Source of the DNA: an uncultured Clostridia bacterium
GTDB taxonomy: Bacteria; Bacillota; Clostridia; Christensenellales; UBA3700
Assembly: GCA_947177795.1 (NCBI GenBank)
Contig: CAMWVR010000003.1
Coordinates: 1,088 to 65,087 of the forward strand
DNA length: 64,000 nucleotides
Direction: 5' to 3'
Shown here one piece after another: positions 24,635 through 33,161 of this stretch. Under the pieces are notes generated by a model. The model saw only the letters and a list, made by a program, of their open reading frames with translations. It was not told where the DNA came from and did no database searches. Each line of letters opens with the position of its first letter. Positions within the stretch are counted from its first letter, which is position 1. The translations under genes were made by a program, and so were the position numbers.

Positions 24635-26134
24635 ATGCCCGTACAAAGCAAAACAAAGAAGTCTACGGCTTCCAATCAACAAGAGAAGAAAACCAAGATA
24701 GATTTTGACAAAAAGATATTATTTGCGACTTCGGAGGCGGTGCCGTTTATCAAGACAGGCGGACTTGCCGACGTGGCGGGATCACTCCCCAAAGCATTAG
24801 TGGACGGCGGAGTCGATTGCAGAGTTATCTTACCGCTTTATATGGATATAAAGCAAGAGTTGAGAGACAAGCTGACTTACGTCGGACATATATATGTCAA
24901 TCTTTCTTGGCGCTATCAATACTGCGGACTTTTCAAGGCGGAGATCGACGGCGTAATATATTATCTTGTCGACAATGAGTATTACTTTAAGCGTAGCGGA
25001 CTTTACGGATACTTCGACGACGGAGAGAGATTTGCATTCTTTGCTAAGGCCGTAATCGAAAGCGTGAGGCTTATGGACGGTTTTGCGCCCGATATTATAC
25101 ATTGCAACGATTGGCAGACTGCGCTCGTGCCCGTTTTCCTCGACGTATTCTACAGAGGCGACGATCTTTATAAGAATATCAAGACGGTATTTACCATTCA
25201 CAATATAGAATTCCAGGGCAGATACAGCGGCTTTATGTCGGGAGACGTGCTTGGACTTCCCACTTGGGCAAGAGAGTACGTGGATTTCGACGGCGACGTC
25301 AATTATATGAAAGGCGGTATTGAGAGAGCCAACAAGGTCACGACCGTGTCGCAAACATATGCCCAAGAGATTCTCAATTCATACTTTGGTTACGGTATGA
25401 ACAATATTCTCGTCAACAGACAGTTCAAGTTGTCGGGAATTATCAACGGTATCGACGTCAAGTCAAACGATCCCAAGACGGACAAATACGCTTATACCAA
25501 CTACGACCTCAAGTCGTTTGAATTAAAAGCGGAGAATAAGACTGCTTTCCAAAAAGACTTGGGTTTGCCGGTAGATAAGAATATCCCTATGATAGGTATG
25601 GTAGGCAGGCTTACGCACCAAAAAGGCTTGGATTTGCTGTCGCCCGTCATCACTAGAATACTTGATATGGGAGTCCAACTCGTCATCTTGGGTACGGGCG
25701 ATTATAAATACGAAGAAATGTTGAGAAGTTGTCAAAGCAGATACCCGGGCAACTTGCGCGCGTTGATAACTTTCTCGGGCGAACTTGCAAGCAAGATTTA
25801 TTGCGCAAGCGATATGTTTTTGATGCCGTCCAAGTTTGAGCCGTGCGGACTTTCGCAAATGATAGCCATGAGATACGGCTCTTTGCCTATCGTGAGAGAG
25901 ACGGGCGGACTTAAAGACACTGTCATTCCTTACGACTACACGACCGGCAAGGGCACGGGCTTTACTTTCTATTCTTACAACGCTTACGATATGCTCAATG
26001 CTGTCGAGAGGGCTGTGGGAATGTATAGAGACTATAAGCAAGATTGGCAAAAGATAGTCAACAACGCTATGACGCAGGACTTCAGTTGGAAAAACATTGC
26101 TCTTCGTTACGTAAATTTGTACAAAGAGTTGTAA
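24635..26134 (+). CDS. glgA: Glycogen synthase (GT5) with a ~27-aa Lys-rich N-terminal extension
   Basis: It has the KILFATSEAVPFIKTGGLADV motif. A strong SD (aaggagg) lies before ATG 24635, and no alternative in-frame start occurs near the conserved core. Confidence 0.9.
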   Translation: MPVQSKTKKSTASNQQEKKTKIDFDKKILFATSEAVPFIKTGGLADVAGSLPKALVDGGVDCRVILPLYMDIKQELRDKLTYVGHIYVNLSWRYQYCGLFKAEIDGVIYYLVDNEYYFKRSGLYGYFDDGERFAFFAKAVIESVRLMDGFAPDIIHCNDWQTALVPVFLDVFYRGDDLYKNIKTVFTIHNIEFQGRYSGFMSGDVLGLPTWAREYVDFDGDVNYMKGGIERANKVTTVSQTYAQEILNSYFGYGMNNILVNRQFKLSGIINGIDVKSNDPKTDKYAYTNYDLKSFELKAENKTAFQKDLGLPVDKNIPMIGMVGRLTHQKGLDLLSPVITRILDMGVQLVILGTGDYKYEEMLRSCQSRYPGNLRALITFSGELASKIYCASDMFLMPSKFEPCGLSQMIAMRYGSLPIVRETGGLKDTVIPYDYTTGKGTGFTFYSYNAYDMLNAVERAVGMYRDYKQDWQKIVNNAMTQDFSWKNIALRYVNLYKEL

Positions 26135-26325
26135 ATATTCAAAAAAAGTAGGCAAAAATTTATAAAATATTGATTTATTATAAAAAATCTTTATTTTAGG
26201 TCGCAAAATGTAGCATAAAAGCGAAATATATGATATAATTTTAAGGTGCAAATTTGTCGAAATCGCGATTTGACAGCGTTTTTCGACGGATTTGTCAATA
26301 ATTGTTGCTTATTTTGGAGAAAGTA

Positions 26326-28809
26326 ATGGAAAATCAAGTAAAAGAACTTAAAAAGATCGTAGCGCTCAAATGTCAGACTTATTTTGGTACGACTATTGAG
26401 AACGCAAGCAAGAATCAAATCTACAGAGCTATCTGTATGACTGTCAGAGACATACTTACGGATAAGCGTCTTGCATTCAAGAAAAAGAGATTGGAGCAAG
26501 GCTCAAAGCAAGTCTATTATATGTCGATGGAGTTTTTGCTTGGTCGTTCGCTCAAAAACCACCTTTACAACCTCAAGATGACGGAGGTATTCGACGGATT
26601 GTGCAAAGATCTTGGATATTCTATTGAAGATATGTACGCCATTGAGCCGGACGCAGGACTTGGCAACGGCGGTCTCGGCAGACTTGCTGCGGCGTATATG
26701 GAGTCGCTGACAAATCTCAATTACGTTGCGAGCGGCTTTTCTATAAGATACGATTACGGTATATTCAAACAAAAGATAGAGGACGGCTGGCAAGTAGAAC
26801 TCCCAGACGAATGGCTTGAGAACGGCAGCGTATGGCTTTCTCCGAGAATGGAAGATACCTTTGAAGTTAAGTTTGGCGGTTATATCGACGAGAGATGGGA
26901 CAACGGCAGACTTTATATAGACCAAAAGGACTGCTATACGGTACACGCTATTCCTTACGATATGAATATAAGCGGTTACGACGTGCCGGCTGTCAACAAG
27001 TTGAGACTTTGGACGGCAAAAGCGCCCGTGGATTTTGATATGAAACTTTTTGCCGAGGGCGAATACGTCAAATCTTTGGAGCAAAAGGCTTTGGCAGAGA
27101 GTATCTGTAAGGTTTTGTATCCTGCTGACCATCACCAAGAAGGCAAGATGTTGAGGCTCAAACAACAGTATTTCTTCGTCTCGGCGTCCATTCAGTCAAT
27201 TCTCAAACAGCACTTAAAGGATTACAAGACTTTGGATTCGCTTCCCGAAAAGGTCGCTATTCACATCAACGACACGCACCCCACGCTTTGCATACCCGAA
27301 CTTATGAGACTTCTTCTCGACGAATACGGTTATTCTTGGGACAAGGCTTGGAAGATCGTCACTCGCACGACTTCATACACCAACCACACGGTTATGGCAG
27401 AGGCGCTCGAGAAGTGGCCGGAAGGCTTGTTCAAACAGCTCTTACCGAGAATTTATCAAATCGTATGCGAAATAAATCGCAGATTTACCGACGAACTTTG
27501 GGCGTTCTATCCCAACGATTACGGCAAGGTGGATTACAATGCCGTATTGTCGGGCGGTCAAGTCAAGATGGCAAATCTCTGTTTGGCGGCGTCGCATACC
27601 GTCAACGGCGTATCGGAATTGCACTCGCAGATACTCAAAGACGAAGTCTTCAGAGACTGCTATAATATGCACCCGAAGAATTTTACCAACGTTACCAACG
27701 GTATTACCTATAGAAGATGGCTTTGTCAGTCCAATCCGCTGCTCAGCAATTATATTGAGAAACTTATCGGAGACGGATTTAAGTACGACGCCGACAAACT
27801 CAAGGATCTTGCAAAGTATGCAGACGACAAAGCTGTGCTTGACAAAATCTTGGAGATAAAGAAAGAAAACAAGATTAGACTTGCCAAGTATATCAAAGAA
27901 CACAACGGCATAGACGTAGATCCGAATTCTATATTCGACGTGCAGGTCAAGAGACTTCACGAGTATAAAAGACAACTGCTCAATGCGCTCCACATTCTTG
28001 ATTTGTATTATAGACTTAAAGAAAATCCAAATCTTGATATCAATCCAAGGACGTTTATATTCGGCGCAAAGGCGGCTCCGAGTTATTATATGGCAAAGCA
28101 GATTATTCGCCTTATACATTCGCTTGGCAATCTCATCAACAACGACCCCGATATCAACGGCAAAATCAAAGTCGTATATATTGAGAACTATAGAGTTACG
28201 CTTGCAGAAATCATTATGCCTGCATCCGACGTATCCGAGCAAATCTCCATTGCGGGAAAAGAAGCGAGCGGTACCGGCAATATGAAATTTATGATCAACG
28301 GCGCAGTGACTATGGGTACTATGGACGGCGCAAATATCGAAATTTACGAGAACGTAGGCAAGGATAATATCTTTATCTTCGGTATGCTTGCAAGCGAGAT
28401 AAACGAACTCAACCGCAGAGGTTACAACCCAAGAGAGTATTACAACAGCAATCCTAGGATCAAGGCGGTAATCGACGGTTTGAGAGGCGGTATCGCAGGC
28501 GTAAATTACGGTGAGATCGCAGACGCGTTGATTTCTAGTGACGGCTACAAGGTGCTTGCTGACTTCCAGTCTTACTGCGATTGTCAAGACAGGTTAGATA
28601 AGGCTTACAGTGATAAATACGCTTGGGCAAAGATGTCTCTCCTCAATACGGCAAACGCAGGCTTCTTCTCTTCCGACAGAAGCGTAAAGGAATACGCCGA
28701 CAGAATTTGGAAGATGAAACCTGTCAATTACGCGTCGACTGCGACGGCAGAAAAGCCTGTTGATAAGACGGTCAAAAAACCGACGGCAAAGACGACGAAG
28801 AAGAAGTAA
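26326..28809 (+). CDS. glgP: Glycogen/maltodextrin phosphorylase (GT35) with a Lys-rich C-terminal tail
   Basis: It has the EASGTGNMKFMINGA pyridoxal-phosphate motif. The start is moved to ATG 26326 (SD ggagaaag) from the track's TTG at 26302. Confidence 0.92.
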   Translation: MENQVKELKKIVALKCQTYFGTTIENASKNQIYRAICMTVRDILTDKRLAFKKKRLEQGSKQVYYMSMEFLLGRSLKNHLYNLKMTEVFDGLCKDLGYSIEDMYAIEPDAGLGNGGLGRLAAAYMESLTNLNYVASGFSIRYDYGIFKQKIEDGWQVELPDEWLENGSVWLSPRMEDTFEVKFGGYIDERWDNGRLYIDQKDCYTVHAIPYDMNISGYDVPAVNKLRLWTAKAPVDFDMKLFAEGEYVKSLEQKALAESICKVLYPADHHQEGKMLRLKQQYFFVSASIQSILKQHLKDYKTLDSLPEKVAIHINDTHPTLCIPELMRLLLDEYGYSWDKAWKIVTRTTSYTNHTVMAEALEKWPEGLFKQLLPRIYQIVCEINRRFTDELWAFYPNDYGKVDYNAVLSGGQVKMANLCLAASHTVNGVSELHSQILKDEVFRDCYNMHPKNFTNVTNGITYRRWLCQSNPLLSNYIEKLIGDGFKYDADKLKDLAKYADDKAVLDKILEIKKENKIRLAKYIKEHNGIDVDPNSIFDVQVKRLHEYKRQLLNALHILDLYYRLKENPNLDINPRTFIFGAKAAPSYYMAKQIIRLIHSLGNLINNDPDINGKIKVVYIENYRVTLAEIIMPASDVSEQISIAGKEASGTGNMKFMINGAVTMGTMDGANIEIYENVGKDNIFIFGMLASEINELNRRGYNPREYYNSNPRIKAVIDGLRGGIAGVNYGEIADALISSDGYKVLADFQSYCDCQDRLDKAYSDKYAWAKMSLLNTANAGFFSSDRSVKEYADRIWKMKPVNYASTATAEKPVDKTVKKPTAKTTKKK

Positions 28810-28825
28810 AGCGCAATCTTTGTGA

Positions 28826-29017
28826 CGTCATATTGAGCGAAACGAAGTGAAGTCGAAATATCTAATACGATATAGACCTCTCGACTACGCTCGAGGTGAC
28901 AGGATATTGGGCAGAGTGACAAATGTAATGTCATTGACGCTCGCACGAGACACACATGCTTGCTCGCTATGCCGTCACTTCGTTCCTTACGACCGAAACA
29001 TAGTGAATTGGAGAAAT
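28826..29017. repeat. Family-A repeat mosaic (3 units)
   Basis: The units are gtcATATTgagcgaaacgaagtgaagtcgAAATATc (28826-28861), agACCTCtcgactacgctcGAGGTgaca (28873-28900), and a long variant tgtcattgacgc...ttggagaaatct (28928-29017). Confidence 0.8.
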
Positions 29018-29088
29018 CTAAATCATAAAATAAAATAATCTCAATAGCCTTGTTCTTTAGAATGAGGCTATTAAGATAAGGAAACACA

Positions 29089-30900
29089 GTGAGAGAACTG
29101 ATATATTTCGACAGCAAAAACCCGCATTGCAAATTCCCATTCGGAAGCGTTGAGCAAGACGAAGAGATGACCTTCAAGATCTTCGTCAAAGACGGCGTAT
29201 ATATAAATTCTGTGGAATTGCATATCTACGAAGACGGCGCGGATTGTCCATACGTCTTTTCTATGTCTTTTAATTGCAAGAGGGGCGACGAAAGCGAATA
29301 TATCGCAAAGATTTCTCTCAACAAAGTAGGACTGTATTGGTATAGATTTTTATTCAAGACGGAGGATGGAGAATATCAGTATCGCAGAGAGGGGGACGAC
29401 TTTCAACTTACCGTATACGACAAGAATTACGTCACGCCCGATTGGGTAAAGGGCGGCGTGATATACCATATCTTCGTTGATAGATTTAACAAAGGCAAAG
29501 ACTCTAATGCCACGTTTAATAAAAACGGCGTTATGAAAGAATGGGGCGAAGAAGTGACAATCGTCGATCCCGACGGTGTCTTCCGCGCCAACGATTTTTA
29601 CGGCGGAAACTTCCAAGGCATAATAGACAAATTGCCTTATCTCAGGAAACTCGGCGTGACCATACTTTATCTTTCGCCTATATTCAAGTCTTCGTCAAAT
29701 CACAGATACGACACAGGCGATTACGAGGTTGTGGACGAACTGCTCGGCGACGAGAATAAGTTGCAAGAACTTCTGCAAAAGGCGGAGGCTATGGGTATAC
29801 GAGTTATGCTAGACGGCGTATTCAATCACACGGGCGCAGATAGTAAATATTTCAACAAATTCGGCAGTTATCCCACGCTTGGCGCATATCAATCCAAGCA
29901 AAGTCCGTATTACGATTGGTTTGACTTTTATAATTTCCCCGACGAGTATCACTGCTGGTGGGGTATTACCGTCACGCCTACGATAAGCCAAAGAGCAAAG
30001 TCATTCAGAGATATGATAAGCGGCGAGGGCGGTATCATAGACAAGTGGACGAAGTTGGGTGTCAAAGGGTGGAGACTCGACGTAGTCGACGAACTTAGAG
30101 AAGACTTTGTCGAGGACATACGCAAAGCAGTCAAGCGAAACGGCGAAGACAACTTGCTCATCGGTGAGGTGTGGGAAGACGCGTCCAACAAAATCGCATA
30201 TTCTTATCGCAGACATTATTTTCAAGGCAAACAACTTGACGGCGTAATGAATTATCCTTTCAAAGAAGCCACTTTGGCTTACGCAATGGGCGGAAGCGCA
30301 ACAGACTTTGCTAATACCGTGATGACTATCGTTGAGAATTATCCCAAGCAGTCTTTGGACGTGACTATGAATCTCATTGACTCGCACGACACGGCAAGAG
30401 CCTTGAGCATGTTGAGCGGTGTGGATATGAGCGGTACGGATAAAGAATACCGCAAGAATTTCCGCTTGAGTAAACAAGGCTATGACTTTGCCAAAAGTAG
30501 ATTGATTATTGCGTCGACGTTGCAGTTTATGCTCCCCGGCGTACCGTCGATTTTCTACGGTGACGAGCAGGGTATGGAGGGATATGAAGACCCGCTGTGC
30601 AGAAGATGTCTTGATTGGAAAAATATAGATAATGAGTTGTTGGCGCACTATACTGGGCTCGGCAAGATTCGCAAAAAGTTCAAAGACCAAATCTGCGGAG
30701 ATACGTACTTTGAAAATCAAAACGAGTTGCTTGTACTCTGTCGTAAGAGTAGACACAAGACTTTAAAAGTCGTCGCAAATAATACCAATCAATCGCAATA
30801 TTTCTACTGTCCAAAGGCAAAACAAGAATTGCTGTCTGGGCAGAAGTTGCAGGGAGATAGTTTTGAGATTGCGCCTAATAGCGTAAAAATATTTTTGTAA
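29089..30900 (+). CDS. GH13 alpha-glucosidase/neopullulanase-type glycoside hydrolase
   Basis: GH13 regions I-IV are present: DGVFNHTG, GWRLDVVDEL, EVWED and LIDSHDTAR. The GTG start at 29089 is tentative because the SD is weak. Confidence 0.8.
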   Translation: MRELIYFDSKNPHCKFPFGSVEQDEEMTFKIFVKDGVYINSVELHIYEDGADCPYVFSMSFNCKRGDESEYIAKISLNKVGLYWYRFLFKTEDGEYQYRREGDDFQLTVYDKNYVTPDWVKGGVIYHIFVDRFNKGKDSNATFNKNGVMKEWGEEVTIVDPDGVFRANDFYGGNFQGIIDKLPYLRKLGVTILYLSPIFKSSSNHRYDTGDYEVVDELLGDENKLQELLQKAEAMGIRVMLDGVFNHTGADSKYFNKFGSYPTLGAYQSKQSPYYDWFDFYNFPDEYHCWWGITVTPTISQRAKSFRDMISGEGGIIDKWTKLGVKGWRLDVVDELREDFVEDIRKAVKRNGEDNLLIGEVWEDASNKIAYSYRRHYFQGKQLDGVMNYPFKEATLAYAMGGSATDFANTVMTIVENYPKQSLDVTMNLIDSHDTARALSMLSGVDMSGTDKEYRKNFRLSKQGYDFAKSRLIIASTLQFMLPGVPSIFYGDEQGMEGYEDPLCRRCLDWKNIDNELLAHYTGLGKIRKKFKDQICGDTYFENQNELLVLCRKSRHKTLKVVANNTNQSQYFYCPKAKQELLSGQKLQGDSFEIAPNSVKIFL

Positions 30901-30902
30901 TT

Positions 30903-30995
30903 TTGTCATTCGTGATACTTTCTTTTCTTGCCAAGAAAAGAAACAAAAGAGTTGGGGGTTGCGATTCCCCCCCCAACCCCCCACAAACGCTTTTG
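30903..30995. repeat. Structured spacer: TGTCAT lead-in, the 19-nt palindrome CTTTTCTTGcCAAGAAAAG, and a GTTGGGGG...CCCCCAAC hairpin with C8 and C6 tracts
   Basis: Read directly. The palindrome is at 30922-30940, the G-rich arm at 30951-30958, the C8 tract at 30967-30974 and the C6 tract at 30977-30982. Confidence 0.5.
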
Positions 30996-31038
30996 AAATA
31001 AATTGATACAAATATTATGTCAATGACAATATATTTTA

Positions 31039-31115
31039 TGTCATTTCGACTGGAGCGTAGCGAAATGGAGAAATCTCATACGGATTTAGACCTCTCGACT
31101 TCGCTCGAGGTGACA
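31039..31115. repeat. Family-A composite element (long ATTTC/GAAAT unit plus ACCTC/GAGGT unit)
   Basis: tgtcatttcgactggagcgtagcgaaatggagaaatctc ... agacctctcgacttcgctcgaggtgaca. Confidence 0.8.
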
Positions 31116-31181
31116 TCTAAAGATTAGTTAAAATGCTAAAATATCATAACAAGTCTTTTACGGTATTGCATATAATACATT

Positions 31182-32072
31182 GTGAAAGACTTATTTTTTT
31201 TATCTAATATATGCGAAGTAAATTTTGATGCGCCGTCACCGTCAACGTTTGGTAGCGGCGGTAACCTTGCCTGCGTGATCTATCCGCGTACGGTAGAGCA
31301 ACTTGAGCAGGCTATACGCGCCTTGAAGAGCGAAGGCTTGAAATACTACGTGCTGGGCGCGTGCTCCAACGTCCTTATAGACGACAAGGGCGTGGATAGC
31401 GTCGTAGTATCTATGCAAAAGTTGAAGAGCAAAGACCTCGACGGAGAGCGGTTGCATTTGCTTGCAGGCGAGCGAATGACCGTCGTATGCAGATACGCCG
31501 CAGAAAACTCTTTGAGCGGAATAGAAGGGCTGTGCTCCATACCCGGCAGTATGGGCGGCGGACTTGCTATGAATTGCGGGGCCTTTGGCAGAGAACTCGG
31601 CGACGTCGTGGAGTATGCAGACATTCTCATTGACGGAAAGATAGAGCGGCTCAAGGCAAAAGACTTGGGTTTTGCATACCGTCATTCCAAGGTCAAGGAT
31701 ATGGGGATTGTCGTCGGTGTGGGAATTAAACTTGTCGAGGGGGACAAAAAGCGTATCGGCAAGGATATGAAGGGATATGCGATAGCAAGGGCAATGTCCC
31801 AACCTAAGGGTAAGTCTCTCGGCAGCGTATTCAAAAAGTCGGGCAATATGTCGGCAGGATATTATATCGACAAGGCAGGTCTCAAAGGCTATAGGATAGG
31901 CGGCGCGCAGATATCCAATATTCACGCTAATTTTATTCTCAATATTGACGGGGCAACTTCGACTGATTTTTTAAGGCTTGCCGATTATGCAAGGCAAGAG
32001 GTTGACAAACAGTTTGGCGTTAAGTTAAAATATGAAGTGGAATATATACCCGATATTGACAACTTGATGTAG
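31182..32072 (+). CDS. murB: UDP-N-acetylenolpyruvoylglucosamine reductase
   Basis: It has an FAD-binding fold (GSGGNL, GACSNVLIDDKG), the GGxxxxNxGA motif and a C-terminal MurB domain (SLGSVFK). GTG is the only in-frame start, it has no SD, and a TATAAT lies 5 nt upstream. Confidence 0.88.
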   Translation: MKDLFFLSNICEVNFDAPSPSTFGSGGNLACVIYPRTVEQLEQAIRALKSEGLKYYVLGACSNVLIDDKGVDSVVVSMQKLKSKDLDGERLHLLAGERMTVVCRYAAENSLSGIEGLCSIPGSMGGGLAMNCGAFGRELGDVVEYADILIDGKIERLKAKDLGFAYRHSKVKDMGIVVGVGIKLVEGDKKRIGKDMKGYAIARAMSQPKGKSLGSVFKKSGNMSAGYYIDKAGLKGYRIGGAQISNIHANFILNIDGATSTDFLRLADYARQEVDKQFGVKLKYEVEYIPDIDNLM

Positions 32073-32100
32073 ATAATTGCGTCATTGTAATTAGACATTA

Positions 32101-32340
32101 TGTCACCTCGAGCGTAGTCGAGAGGTCTAATTTTGTCATTTCGACCAAAGCGTAGCGGCGTGGAGAAATCTCTATCCGATTATACTTTTAATTGCTCGAA
32201 ATGACAAGATAAAAAATAATAGTGAATAATGAATAGAGAATAGTGTCGGATATATTATTCATATTAGATATTTCGACTACACTTCGTTTCGCTCAATATG
32301 ACATATTTATTATGTAATCTCGAGCGCAGTCGAGAGGTCT
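32101..32340. repeat. Densest family-A repeat mosaic (5 units in mixed orientation)
   Basis: The units are at 32101-32128 (ACCTC/GAGGT), 32134-32172 (long ATTTC/GAAAT), 32194-32206 (partial), 32267-32303 (ATATT/AATAT, reverse orientation) and 32314-32340 (ATCTC/GAGGT, i.e. one G-U pair). Confidence 0.85.
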
Positions 32341-32369
32341 CAATCCGTATAAAAAGGGAGGGCAATGCT

Positions 32370-33131
32370 GTGGACTTAAGAATTACTGCGGACTATCATT
32401 CGCATACTACGTATTCTCACGGCAAGGGTAGCATTGCCGACAACGCTCTCGTCGCAAGCCAAAAGGGCTTGGAGATACTTGCCATTACCGACCACGCAGT
32501 ACGTCATCCGTTTATCGGAGTTAGCCCCAAGAAATACGACGCGATACGCAAGGACCTGCAAGACACGCAAAGCCGTTTTCCCGCCCTCACTTTGCTTATG
32601 GGCATTGAGGCTAATATTTTGGGTACGGACGGTGAAATCGACGTCACTGAAGAAGACGCAAAGAAGTTGGATATAGTCATTGCAGGTTATCATTTGACGT
32701 CGTTTCCCTATAAGTTTGCAGATTATTTTAAGATAACTTGGAATGCGCTCACAAAGTATACTATGAAGTCCACCAAGGGACAGATAGCGCGCAATACGGC
32801 AATGTACGTCAACGCTGTCAAAAAGCGCAAAATAGATATTCTTACGCACCCAGGTTTTAGGCTGGATATAGATTACAAAGAGATAGGAAAGGTTTGCGCG
32901 GACTACGGCACGTATGTAGAACTCTCTTCGAGACACCGCACACCCAACGACGACAATATCGAGTATTTGCTTGCGACGGACTGTCAATTTGTGCTTGATT
33001 CCGACGCGCATAAGAGCGAGGACGTGGGCAGTTGCGACTTTGCAAAGTCACTTGTCGAAAGATTTGACGTACCAAAAGAGCGCATAGCAAATATTGACGG
33101 GAAAAAACTTGTTTTGCGCTCCAAATCTTGA
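32370..33131 (+). CDS. PHP-domain metal-dependent phosphoesterase
   Basis: It has the ADYHSHTTYSHG N-terminal metal site, plus ITDH, GIEANI and HPG..DSDAH motifs. The start is moved to GTG 32370 (SD gggagg 7 nt upstream), because the track's first 24 codons are read through a repeat unit. Confidence 0.75.
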   Translation: MDLRITADYHSHTTYSHGKGSIADNALVASQKGLEILAITDHAVRHPFIGVSPKKYDAIRKDLQDTQSRFPALTLLMGIEANILGTDGEIDVTEEDAKKLDIVIAGYHLTSFPYKFADYFKITWNALTKYTMKSTKGQIARNTAMYVNAVKKRKIDILTHPGFRLDIDYKEIGKVCADYGTYVELSSRHRTPNDDNIEYLLATDCQFVLDSDAHKSEDVGSCDFAKSLVERFDVPKERIANIDGKKLVLRSKS

Positions 33132-33161
33132 CGGTGCGGACAAGCAATCCAAAGGCGTATA

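Noticed and set aside
27442-28587. 381-aa antisense ORF opposite glgP
   Set aside because: It is a shadow of a highly conserved phosphorylase gene with no independent support.
28847-29038. 63-aa ORF (..LDYARGDRILG..)
   Set aside because: It is a translation of three family-A repeat units, with no SD.
31171-31184. murB as a fifth leaderless gene (TATAAT + 5 nt + GTG, no SD)
   Set aside because: The spacing is 5 rather than 6 nt, the start is GTG (a poor leaderless initiator), and no -35 is evident. It is mentioned for completeness but is too weak to call.
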